IMG/VR virus record: IMGVR_UViG_3300025018_000166
Location: 1-60,790 of that record
DNA: 60,790 bases
Source of the DNA: a virus
Lineage: Duplodnaviria; Caudoviricetes
Strand: one strand, 5' to 3'
Shown here: positions 36,062 through 46,500 of the stretch, one piece after another
Layout of the letters: each line of letters begins with the position of its first letter
Numbering within the stretch: the first letter of the stretch is position 1
Notes under the pieces: generated by a model
What the model was told of the DNA's origin: nothing
The model's database searches: none
Seen by the model: only the letters and a program-made list of their open reading frames with translations
Program-made: the position numbers and the translations under genes

Positions 36062-39000
36062 TGCCGGACACGAAGCGCAAGGACGCACGGGATCAGCCAC
36101 CGCCGACGCCGGAGGACGCGAAGAAGATGCTCGCGGCGCTCACCGGCGATCTCGCGCGCACCGACGCGGAACTCGACCGCGTGCACCAGGCCGCCGAACG
36201 GCTGCACGACCACCATCGTGCACGCCGCGACCTCGCGAGCGGTGCGATCACCGACTACCGGCCGTCGCACCTCACCGCCGAGTACCTGGATCACGTCCGC
36301 GAAAGCGCCCGAGCGGATGCGCTCGCGAACGCGGACGGCGCCCTCGACCACCACGCCGCCCGCGACCGGCTACCGTTCGCGAAGGCCGACCAACCGAGCC
36401 TGTTCGGATCGTCCCCGCTCATCCCCGTGAAGAAGGTCGTGCGCCGCAAGGACGGCGCGCACGTGCAGACGTTCCACGTCAGGCCCGCCGACACGCGCCC
36501 CGCGGAGCGCGTGAGCATGTTCGATCCCGCCGCCGCACCCCCCGAACCCACACCCGCGCTTGACGCGCGTACGCACGAGGCGTACACTTCGGGTGGAGGT
36601 TCGACCATGACCACGAACGCGACCGAGAAACCGACCGCGCCCGTCCCCACCGTCCAAGGCATCACCGCGCTCCTGAAGCGCGCTGGACTCACGTCCCGCG
36701 CGTCCGGCACCGCGTACGGCTACGGCGGCACCGCGGCGGGTTTCGTCGTCGGCAAGGAATACGATCCCCGCATCAAAGGCGGCGCGGTCCGGGTCCGATA
36801 CAACGGCGGCGCACTCGCGCAACTGCCGAATCACCCCGAAGCCCTCGCGATGGCCCGACCCGTCCTCGCCGAAGCGGGCTTTGCGATCACGAACAGCATG
36901 GGCGACTGGATCGTCACCGCCGCGCCGCAACCGGAGCCAACCCCCGAGCCGGTCGCGGCGCCCGACCCGACCGAGGACGATGCGCCCGCGACGACCATCG
37001 TGCAGGTGCCGACCACGTTCTACGACGACCACGTGGATCGCCAACTGCCCGCCGGTCGCGTGATCAAGCGCACGAGCCGGTACGTCCGCCTCGAACTCGA
37101 CGCCGACGACCACGCGGAACTCCTGAGCGACGCCGAGCATTACAGCGAGAGCGACGACTTCGACATGACGGACCCGCGCATGCGCGGCCTCGTCCTCAGC
37201 GCCCGCGCCACCGCGAAGGCGCTGCGCAAAGGCGAAGCGCCCGCGCCGCTCACCGAAAACGCCGCCGAGAAGCGCGCCATGAAGGACGCCATCGAAACCG
37301 GCGACAGCGACGGCCACGCGTTCGCGTTCGACCACCGCGACACCCCCGACATCGAACACCTGATCCCGGACTTCCTCGCGAACCTCCGCATCCCGTACGC
37401 CCACCGCGAGCACCCGACCCGCATCGCCGCGATGCGCGTCGCCGCCGAACAAGGATTCCGCGCAGCGCACGCGCGCTTCCGCGCCACCCTCGCGCCCGAA
37501 CCGGAACCCGAGCCGGAACCCGAGCCGGTCGAGGCGCCCGCCGACAAGCCGAAGGTCACGGTGCGCGCGTACGACATCCACGAAACCGAGCACGGGTGGC
37601 GGATCGAGCAGACGCACGAGTCGTTCCGCAGCGCCGCCGAAGCCAGCGCCGCCGTCCGCGCGCGCGATCAAGCCGCCAGCGACGACGAAGGCACGAGCAT
37701 CGTCAGCACGATCTCGTGGCACCCGACCACGAACGCGGGAACCCGCATCGTCCAGACGTTGCAAGCGATGGGCGGCGCGGTCGAACCCGAGGAGCGGCCC
37801 GCGCCGACGCTGAAGAAGGTGCGCGCAGGCTTGTACCAGGCCGAGCGGTTCATCGACGGCAAGCGCGCCACGTTCCAGATCGAGCGCATCGAGCGCGGCG
37901 ACACGGCCCACGCGAGCGACGTGGGGCTGTGGGCCGTGCACGTCAACAGCGACGTCGGCGAACCCTGGTACCAGACCCTCGCGGAAGCCCGCGCGTACGT
38001 CCTCGACGGCGATTGGTACTGGCACCCTCAGTACGGCCTCACGCCCGGCAAAGCGCCAACGCCCGAACCCGATCCCGAACTGAAGCCGAAGCCCGAACCG
38101 AAGCACCGCGTTCGCATGACGGACACCCAGTACGCCGCCGCCATCGAGCAACGCATGGACGGAGGCGAGCACGTGGACGGCCTGAAGTGGGACGGCCGCA
38201 ACTTGCTCGTGGACGATCCCGCCGCCGTCAGCGCCGCCCTCACCGACATGGCGAATCAGGAAGACGCGCAAGCCGAGGAGAGCGACGGCGACACCCGGAA
38301 GCACGCGCGCGCCGCCTCGACCGCCCTCAGCAACCTCGCGCTGAAGGTGGCGCGCCTTGCCTACGACCCCGAACCGGACCCCACCCCCCCCGTTGACGCG
38401 CGTACGCACGAGGCGTACACTTCGGGTGGAGGTTCGACCATGACCGATACCACCCCGAGCACGAAGATCGTTCGCGCCACCGACGCCGACGGTTTCGGCC
38501 GCGAGTTCCGCATCCGCGAGGACGGCGTCACCGAAGCCCGCGAAATGCTCGACGGCGAAGCCCTCAGCGATTGGAAGACGACGCCCGAGTTCCAGAACAC
38601 CAAGACCCTCGGAGGCGTGTTCCAAGCGCCCGAAGACCTCGATCACATCGTCCGCAGCCTCAACCGCAAACTCGGCACGAAGGGCAACTGGCAGACCGTC
38701 GAGATCGTGGACGCCGACGAGTCCGACGCCCGCGTGGACGCGCTCGCGAAACTCCTCGCGGAACGCCACGACAAGGTGCTCCAGGACGTCGATAACGAGT
38801 TCGCCCGCCAGCGCGCCGAGGAGGAAGCCAAGGACCGCGAAGCGGGCGCCGACTCCGCGCGCCGCCGCGTGGATCAAACGCTGCGCTACGACGGCAGCCT
38901 CGAAGACGCGCAACGCGAGAGCAAGTACGACCTCATCGCCCGCAGCAAGGCGTACACCGAGGCGTACGAAGCGGCCCTGACCGAAGGCTTCCGCACCGCG

Positions 39001-39795
39001 CCGCCGTACCGGCCGTCCCGCGACGAAGCCGCGCACGCGTCGTACAAGAGCGGCGTCAAGACCGCCGCGAAACTCCTGCACCTGCTCGATGATCCCGCGA
39101 ACGCGGACCGCGAGCGGATCAAGGACTTCGTGAACACGGCGATGTGGAAGCACACGAGCCTGTTCCCGAAGAAGTACCGCGGCGTCGCCGGTCAGGACTT
39201 GCCGATGTACGACGCCGAGAACTTCGAGCACGGCCTAGCGAACGGCTTGTGGGACTTGCGGCACACCGAACCCGAAGCGCCCACCGATCCGAACGTGCCG
39301 CTTCCGAACGCCGACGATCTCCTCGCCGAGCACGCGCGCGCCATCGCGACCGCCGAAGCGACCCCCGACTTCGATGAACCGGAACCCGACCGGCCCGACC
39401 TCAACGAGCCGTGGGGCAGCATGAAGTCGCAGGTGTGGCACGCGTGGCGCAACCGTCGCGACACGCACGACGAGAAGCGCGCGATTCCCGCGCCACCGAT
39501 CACCGTCGAGCACAACGACGCCGAAGCCAAAGCGTTCGTGCGCGGCTGGGAGCGGTACATCCCAACCTACCAACGGATCGCCGCCGACTTCGACTTCGAC
39601 AGTTACGAGGTCAGCCGCGACGCCGACCACCTCAACATCGCCTTCGTCCTCAAGCCCCGCAAGTGGTACGACACCTACCGCCACTTCATGCTCCGCATCG
39701 GCGCGCGCGGCAAGATCCAGTCCTTCACGAAGAAGAACTCGAAGTCCGGCAGCATGCGCTGGACCGACGGCTTCATCTCGACGGACGGGAAGTAG
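36061..39795 (+). CDS. giant multi-module virion-type protein (1244 aa)
   Basis: TGATG coupling with GGGAGG RBS; FAKA-QPSLF-KKVVRRKDG module; small domains joined by PEPEP linkers. Confidence 0.8.
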   Translation: MPDTKRKDARDQPPPTPEDAKKMLAALTGDLARTDAELDRVHQAAERLHDHHRARRDLASGAITDYRPSHLTAEYLDHVRESARADALANADGALDHHAARDRLPFAKADQPSLFGSSPLIPVKKVVRRKDGAHVQTFHVRPADTRPAERVSMFDPAAAPPEPTPALDARTHEAYTSGGGSTMTTNATEKPTAPVPTVQGITALLKRAGLTSRASGTAYGYGGTAAGFVVGKEYDPRIKGGAVRVRYNGGALAQLPNHPEALAMARPVLAEAGFAITNSMGDWIVTAAPQPEPTPEPVAAPDPTEDDAPATTIVQVPTTFYDDHVDRQLPAGRVIKRTSRYVRLELDADDHAELLSDAEHYSESDDFDMTDPRMRGLVLSARATAKALRKGEAPAPLTENAAEKRAMKDAIETGDSDGHAFAFDHRDTPDIEHLIPDFLANLRIPYAHREHPTRIAAMRVAAEQGFRAAHARFRATLAPEPEPEPEPEPVEAPADKPKVTVRAYDIHETEHGWRIEQTHESFRSAAEASAAVRARDQAASDDEGTSIVSTISWHPTTNAGTRIVQTLQAMGGAVEPEERPAPTLKKVRAGLYQAERFIDGKRATFQIERIERGDTAHASDVGLWAVHVNSDVGEPWYQTLAEARAYVLDGDWYWHPQYGLTPGKAPTPEPDPELKPKPEPKHRVRMTDTQYAAAIEQRMDGGEHVDGLKWDGRNLLVDDPAAVSAALTDMANQEDAQAEESDGDTRKHARAASTALSNLALKVARLAYDPEPDPTPPVDARTHEAYTSGGGSTMTDTTPSTKIVRATDADGFGREFRIREDGVTEAREMLDGEALSDWKTTPEFQNTKTLGGVFQAPEDLDHIVRSLNRKLGTKGNWQTVEIVDADESDARVDALAKLLAERHDKVLQDVDNEFARQRAEEEAKDREAGADSARRRVDQTLRYDGSLEDAQRESKYDLIARSKAYTEAYEAALTEGFRTAPPYRPSRDEAAHASYKSGVKTAAKLLHLLDDPANADRERIKDFVNTAMWKHTSLFPKKYRGVAGQDLPMYDAENFEHGLANGLWDLRHTEPEAPTDPNVPLPNADDLLAEHARAIATAEATPDFDEPEPDRPDLNEPWGSMKSQVWHAWRNRRDTHDEKRAIPAPPITVEHNDAEAKAFVRGWERYIPTYQRIAADFDFDSYEVSRDADHLNIAFVLKPRKWYDTYRHFMLRIGARGKIQSFTKKNSKSGSMRWTDGFISTDGK
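36560..36612 (+). promoter_or_regulatory. Class-1 cassette, copy 6, internal and in frame
   Basis: TTGACG-17 bp-TACACT, GGAGG, in-frame ATG 36607. Confidence 0.8.
38393..38445 (+). promoter_or_regulatory. Class-1 cassette, copy 7, internal and in frame
   Basis: 53 bp identical to 36560-36612; in-frame ATG 38440. Confidence 0.8.
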
Positions 39796-39826
39796 GTCCG
39801 ACGGCGACGCGCGCTACGGTGCACCC

Positions 39827-42800
39827 ATGAGCCGTTCCTTGGTGGACAACGCCCTGCTCCTGATCGCGAAAGCGGAGGAGCAGGGCAGCCTATTCGACGC
39901 ACCGCTGGTGCCCGTGAAGAAGGTCGTGCACCGCAAGGACGGCACGCACGTGCAGACGTACCACGTGAAGCCCGGTGAGGCGCCCGCGGCACCGCAGGAA
40001 GCGACCGCGCCGCCGCCAATCCCCGCCGAGCACCACGCGACGGGCGCGCTCCTGCCCGCGCAACCGATGAAGGTCGGCGACGACTGGGGCGCGCTCGTGC
40101 CGTACGCGGGCGTGCAGCCGGGCCAACGCATCCGCGTCACCGCCCGCGACGGCCGGACGTGGGAACCCATCGTCGGCGAGATCGTGAGCACGTCCGCCGC
40201 CGGAACGGTCGTGACCACGATCCGCACGAAGCCCGAACCCGTGGCGCCGCCCCCGACGCCCAAGGGCGAGGGCGCCGCCGCCGCAGGCATGGCGACACTG
40301 TTCCCGGAGGATCAACTACCCATCACCGGCCACGTCTACACCCGGCCCGACGGCAAACGCGTGGTCTACGACCGCTTCGCGCGTGACCCCGTCACCATCG
40401 ACGCGGACGCGGCGCGCACGCATGGTGAGCACCTGCGCGGGCACGAAGGCAAACGCGGCGTGTTCGCCATCCACCGCACCGCGACGGACGACGACATTCT
40501 CCGCAGCAACGCGAACCGGGACCGCCTGCTCCTCCTGCGCGCCCGCGCGGTCCCGGCGCTGAAGGCGTTGCGAACCGCGATGCTTGCCGCGTACCCCGAC
40601 GATCACGACTACGTCGAGCACTACCTTACGGAGCGAGTCAACACCGTCACGGACCCGCGCACGCAGCGCGACCCGGCTGTGCAAGCCGCCCTGCGCGCGT
40701 ATCTGGAAGTCGGCCCCGAGTACGAACGTGCAAAGTTCGACTTCGTCGCGAACGACGCGCAACTCGCCGCGATCCTCGACCCCGCACCGGCCGCGCAACC
40801 CGCACCGCGAGCCGTGGACCCGGAGGCGGCGCCCGTGCCGACGCCGCACACCCGCGACGTCACCGGCCAGCACGACGACGTCCTCACCCGGTACGGCCTG
40901 CCGCTCGGCACGAGCGTCGAGATCGGCGTTCGCAGCCCCCTCACGCGCGGCAAGTACCGCGTTGGGAACTCGAACTACCACGACACCGTCGAAGCCGCCG
41001 CCGCCGAAGCGATGGACTTCATGCGCCAGTCGCGCGCCGCCAACCAAGAAGCCGACGATCACGCCGCCGCCAGCGCCAGCCTCGCGAAGAAACTCCGCGC
41101 GGGCGAACAACCGACCAAGGACGAATGGACCGCCGTCCTCGGCACCCACTACGAGGCGCGCCGCCAAGTGGACGACGGCTACATCGAGCAGGCCGCGATC
41201 AGCGGCTTCCTCCGCGAGCACTTCCCGCACAAGGGCTTCACCGCGTCGCAGATCCGCAAGCACCTCGGCGCCGCCGCCATCGAGACTGAGAACCAATGGG
41301 GCAAGCGGTACCCCGCCGTGCGCCTCGCGCGCCTACCCGAGATCCTGCGCGACGCGCCCGCCACACCGGATGACGCCGACCCGCCCGGCGACGACCCGCC
41401 CGCGCCGCCGGACAGCCCGGAAGCCCTCGACGCGCGCCTCACCGACGCGCTGCGCAGTCTGATCGCCGACCCGAAGGAACGGATCGCGTACGCGCAACTC
41501 GCCGCCGCGGATGCGAAGGTCGGCGACCCCACCGACCCCGAGTACCGCTACCACGCGCGCCGCGCCGCCGCGCTCGCCCTCGGCGGCGGCTACAAGGGCA
41601 AGGACACCGCCACGAACGCATGGCGCGCACGCCTGTACGACACCTTCTCCGACAAGGACAAGCGCCTCGCGCCGCTCACCGCCCTGCGCGACAGCCGATT
41701 CCCAGGGCAGGAGTCGTCCGAAGCGGCACTCAAGAGCCGCGCCGCGTACGGCATCGCCGTGGTGCGCGCCGAACCCCTCGCGCGCCACCTCCTCGCGGAC
41801 CTACCGAACGTGATCGAGCGCCCGCAGGCGCCGCCGTTACCGCCCGCCCTCGCGGAACCTGAAGCGCGCATCCCCGCCCGCCCGAAACTGCTCGGTCCCG
41901 ACGACTGGGGCGCGTTCGTTCCCTACTCCGGCGTGAAGATCGGGCAGATCGTCCGCATCACGACCCGCGCCGGTAAGTCGCGCGAAGCGGTCGTGGTCGG
42001 CATCGCGGACGAGGACGAGCGCGGCACCACCGTCCGAACCGCGCGGATGGACAAGGCGCAGATCGCGAAGGGCGCGGACCTCGCGGACCTCGCGGATCGC
42101 CTGGTCGCGAAGGCGCTCGATCCCGGCGCCCGCGCCGCACCGCCGAAGGCGGCGCCGAAGACCCCGAAGCCTACCGGCACCCCGGCCGCGCCGACCACGC
42201 CCGCGGCGAACCCGAAGGCGCGCGGCCTCGTGCCAACCAAGACCGTTGTCCGCCGCGACGGCAAGGCGCACGTACAGACGTTCCACAAGCGCCGCGGCGA
42301 CGCCGCCGGGACCGCACCTGCGCCCGCTCAGGCCGAGCAGCCGAAGGCAGGCGCGGTGAAGCCGACGGCGACCCCGAAGTACGAGCACGCGACCGTCGTC
42401 GCGCCCGACATCCACCTGCCGAAGTACGACGACGACGGTGAGCAACTGCCGAACCCCGCGGGGCCGGGCACGCACGCGCTCGTGAAGATGCACGACACGC
42501 ACCCGCTCCACCCCGGCCACGAGTTCCGCGTTCCGAAGGCCAGCCTCGCGCACCACCTGGACGAGATGCACGGCCGCGTGACCGGCAAGCCGAACCACAC
42601 GAGCGAGCACGTGAACGCCGTCCTTCGGGGCGACGCCGAGTACCTGGGGCGCGGCAACGACGGCATGGCTTTCAAGGTCGGCGACAAGGTCGTGAAGGTC
42701 GGCGGCGTGACCCCGTTCCAGCCGAGCAACCACCACGCGTACCGCACGCCGGAGGAAGCCGCGCGGCGCTTGCATCAGGACGCCACCCTCAGCGAGCGCC

Positions 42801-43471
42801 TGCGCGCCAGCGGCGTGCCGATGATGCCGAAGACCGAGATTCACCACCACGAGGGTCGCGCGTTCATGGTCCGCGACCACCTCGACATTCCCGAGAAGTT
42901 CACGAAGCCGGAACTGGACGAGATCGCCGAAGGCATGACCGCCCTGCACCGCAGCGGCCACGCGCTGAAGGATCAGATCCAAGTCGGCCGCGGCAAGGAC
43001 GGGCACCTCTACCACTTCGACACCGGCACCCTCGACGTGAACCGCACGTACGACCCGGACGGGCACAGCGGCCCGGACGACGACATTCTGCGCGATCACG
43101 AACGCCTCGAAGCCCTGTACCGGCAGCATGGGCACACGTACGAGCCGAAGGGCGGGCCGATGCTGCACCGCCAGTTGCGGAAGCATGCGCGCGAAGCCAT
43201 GTTCGTCGGCCAGAACCACGGCGACAAGCACGATCCCGACGACCGCCTGAGCAGCCCCGAGGACTACGACCTCGGCGCGCACACCGAGAAACTGCACGAC
43301 CTCCACGCGCGCGTCGTCGCGGACGTGAAGAAGCACCACACCGGCAGCGAACGCGACCGGCTCCTCGCGGAAGCGGACGAGCACCTGAAACTGCACGCGA
43401 AGATGTACGCGAAGGGCCGGAAGATGCGCGAGGGCCTGAACGAGCGCGAGGCAGCACGCGCGAAGGGTTGA
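39827..43471 (+). CDS. giant multi-module virion-type protein with a kinase-like domain
   Basis: IAKA-QGSLF-KKVVHRKDG; duplicated DDWGAxVPY domain; YLGRGNDGMAFKVGDKVVKV..HFDTG; TACGGT-6 nt-ATG. Confidence 0.8.
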   Translation: MSRSLVDNALLLIAKAEEQGSLFDAPLVPVKKVVHRKDGTHVQTYHVKPGEAPAAPQEATAPPPIPAEHHATGALLPAQPMKVGDDWGALVPYAGVQPGQRIRVTARDGRTWEPIVGEIVSTSAAGTVVTTIRTKPEPVAPPPTPKGEGAAAAGMATLFPEDQLPITGHVYTRPDGKRVVYDRFARDPVTIDADAARTHGEHLRGHEGKRGVFAIHRTATDDDILRSNANRDRLLLLRARAVPALKALRTAMLAAYPDDHDYVEHYLTERVNTVTDPRTQRDPAVQAALRAYLEVGPEYERAKFDFVANDAQLAAILDPAPAAQPAPRAVDPEAAPVPTPHTRDVTGQHDDVLTRYGLPLGTSVEIGVRSPLTRGKYRVGNSNYHDTVEAAAAEAMDFMRQSRAANQEADDHAAASASLAKKLRAGEQPTKDEWTAVLGTHYEARRQVDDGYIEQAAISGFLREHFPHKGFTASQIRKHLGAAAIETENQWGKRYPAVRLARLPEILRDAPATPDDADPPGDDPPAPPDSPEALDARLTDALRSLIADPKERIAYAQLAAADAKVGDPTDPEYRYHARRAAALALGGGYKGKDTATNAWRARLYDTFSDKDKRLAPLTALRDSRFPGQESSEAALKSRAAYGIAVVRAEPLARHLLADLPNVIERPQAPPLPPALAEPEARIPARPKLLGPDDWGAFVPYSGVKIGQIVRITTRAGKSREAVVVGIADEDERGTTVRTARMDKAQIAKGADLADLADRLVAKALDPGARAAPPKAAPKTPKPTGTPAAPTTPAANPKARGLVPTKTVVRRDGKAHVQTFHKRRGDAAGTAPAPAQAEQPKAGAVKPTATPKYEHATVVAPDIHLPKYDDDGEQLPNPAGPGTHALVKMHDTHPLHPGHEFRVPKASLAHHLDEMHGRVTGKPNHTSEHVNAVLRGDAEYLGRGNDGMAFKVGDKVVKVGGVTPFQPSNHHAYRTPEEAARRLHQDATLSERLRASGVPMMPKTEIHHHEGRAFMVRDHLDIPEKFTKPELDEIAEGMTALHRSGHALKDQIQVGRGKDGHLYHFDTGTLDVNRTYDPDGHSGPDDDILRDHERLEALYRQHGHTYEPKGGPMLHRQLRKHAREAMFVGQNHGDKHDPDDRLSSPEDYDLGAHTEKLHDLHARVVADVKKHHTGSERDRLLAEADEHLKLHAKMYAKGRKMREGLNEREAARAKG

Positions 43472-43509
43472 CCGTATCGTGTGACGGCCGCGACCGCTAG
43501 GGTGCGGGT

Positions 43510-46500
43510 ATGACTCGCGCCCTGACCGACGTGTTCCGAACCCTGATCGCGAAGGCCACCGAGCAGCCGCCGTTGTTCGGGGGCAGCACGAAGGACAACC
43601 CGAACCTCGTCGCGACGAAGAAGGTCGTGCGTCGCAAGGACGGCGTGCACATCCAGACGTTCTACGAACGCCGCGCGCAGGGCGCCGCACCCGCGAAACA
43701 GGGCGGCATGTTCGACACGCCGCCCGCCACGCCCCCTGTGCCGAAACCGGAGGCACCAGCGCCCGCGCCCGCCCCGAAGCCCGCTACGGCCCCCACAGCG
43801 CCGCAGGCGGGCATGTTCGAGGAGCCGAAACCGGCCGCACCGAAGCCCGAACCCGCGGCGCCCGCGGCGCCATCGCTTCAGGATCGCCTCGAACGCGCTC
43901 GGGCGCTCGGCCGGGAAGCGCAAGCCGCCGGACTCGGCAGCGCACCCGCCCTCAACCCCGCCGTCGCGGACCTCTGGCGCGGCTTGCCGCACAAGGAACT
44001 CATGGCGGTCATGGGCGCGTACACGCGAGCGTGGACCGAAGCGATGGTCGCCGCACCCATGCCGGACGACATGCGCGAGTTCCAACCGCTGCGCGCGCAC
44101 GAGAGCGCAAGCACGCCCGCCGAGAAAGCCGGGAACGAAGCGGTCCTGCTCCTCGAACAGATCGGCAAGAGCCTCGACGCGAACCTGCTCGACCTCCTCA
44201 CGACCGACGTTCGCAAGGACTTCCACCTCAAGATCGAGAACCCGAAGGGCACCGGCGAGATCCTGGACGTGCAGCGCAGCGGCGCCGACCTCACCCTTGG
44301 GGTGTACCGCACGAACGGCGATCTCGACGCCAGCATGCGCCTCCGCGCGGCGCCCGATGGGACGCTCATGCACCGCGCCACGACGGTGATGACGGTCGGC
44401 GATCCGCACCCGTACCAGAGCAACGACGCGAACATGGCGCGCCACCTGATCATGGGCATGCGCATGGACGGCTACACCGACGTCGCGCGCAAGCACGTCA
44501 GCGGCCCGAGCGCGAACGCGTTGCCGACCCCGCCCGAAGCCGCACCGCCCGAGAAGTGGCACCTGACCTCGAAGGCCGAGTACCGCAAGATCGCCCTCGC
44601 GCGCGTGCAGGAACGGTTGCGGAACGGTGACACGGTGCAGTTGCCCGGTCAGCCGCCACGCGTGTTCCGCGGCGCGCAGCACGCGGACTCGTTCCGCATG
44701 CACAACGGCAGCGCGCAGGTGCAGATCGGCGCGAAGTGGGCCGCGGTCGTGGACGACGACCTCACGAGCATGGCCGGGATGCCACCTCAGTACCGCCTCA
44801 ACCTCGAAGCGCAGGAAGCGGTAGATCGCGGCGAAGACGTCCCGGAGCACGTTCGCAAGGACCGCGGCGCGCTCACGGCCGACGAACAAGCCACCCGTGA
44901 TCGTGAGGACGCGGACGCCGAAGAAGCCGAGAACCTGCTGCACGACCGCTGGGTCGAGCACGTCGAGAAGCACCACAAGGGCGACTACGGCGCCGCCATC
45001 GACGCGCAGGACGCCGCGGGCTTCACCGGCGGCCTGAAAGACCGCGCGGCGTACCTGGAATGGCATGCGAACCAGCCGAAGGCACTCGCGGGCGCCTCGT
45101 ACCTCGACAACGCGCTCGCGTCGTACACGCACCAGGGCGGACGCATGCGCGAGCCTGTGAACCCGAAGACCCAGTACGTGTACGCCTCGACCCTGCGCCC
45201 CCTCGGATCGTGGGCATCCCGCCTGCGCCCGCTGCTCACGAACGAAGCCGCGGAGATCGTGGACTCCCCCGATGGCCGCAAGCGGGGCGAAGCCGCGCAC
45301 TCGTACGTGTTCAGCGACGTCCCCCTGGATGACGATACGCAGGCCGCGTACGAACTCACGCCCGTCGCGGAACCCACCGAGGATCCCGAACGCGGCAGCG
45401 AAGGCGACACCCGCACCATCGACGGCGTCACGTACACCCTGCGCAAGAGCAACGGCGGCGCCGGACCGCTGCGCTGGATGCGCGAGGACGAAACCGCCAG
45501 CGCGGAGGAAGCCGCGGCGCCGGACGAGGATGCAGCACCGGCCGCGAAGCGCACCTCCACCGACATCCGCGACGAAGGCCGACGCGCCATCGCCGAACGC
45601 GACCGGCTCATCAGCGCCGGTCAGAAGGTGCCCGCCGACCTCACGGAACGCATCGAGGCGCTGCGCAAGGAGTGGGTCGCGACCGACTACGAGGACGAAC
45701 CGACACCAGACGGCGACGCGGAGGAATCCGCGACGCCGGACCCCTTGCGCGACAACCTCGCGGGCGCACGGCCCGGCGGGGACGCGGGCGACATGTTCGA
45801 TGAGGTCGTGGAGGAACTGCGCAACGACTTCCCGACCATCGGCGCGATCCAGGGCAAGACGCCCGCCGACGCGAAAGCCGCCGTCGCCGCGAACGTCGCC
45901 GACATCGCGCTCCGCGTGCGCCGCTGGATGGGACGGCGCGCCGACGCGGGCGACATCCACAAGGACGCGCTCAACGAAATGCTCGCGTGGCACGACCACC
46001 AGATCGCGGACGGGTGGAAGACGTTCGCGGACGCGTACGTGACCGGGTGGCGGAAAGACTTGCCCGAAGGCACCCGCCTCGACCACCCCGACGAGGACGA
46101 GGACGCCGCCATGCAATCCCGCGACGACTTCCTCCTGAGCGTCGCGGAAGCGATGGAGGATCAGCCGGAGGACGCGCCGATCACCGACGACGAACGCGCG
46201 GTGTTCGCGCAGCCCGGCGTCGCGAACGCCGAAGCCGTGAAGGTGCTCGTCAAGCCCCTCGCGGGCGGCGAAGCGCCCGGCCCGCGCGCCCGCGCGCTCC
46301 TCGCGGAACGCTTTGGGACCGGCGCCATCGCCGCATCCCAACTCGACCTGCTCCTCGGCATGATCGGCGTGACGAAGAAGGTCGCCTCCGGCGCCAAGAG
46401 CCGCTTGCGCGGCAAGGCCGCGTTCACGTGGGACGACCTCGCGGGCGCGCTGAAGGAAGCGGGCGCGACCGCGAACGCGGAGCAGGAAGCCAAACGCACC

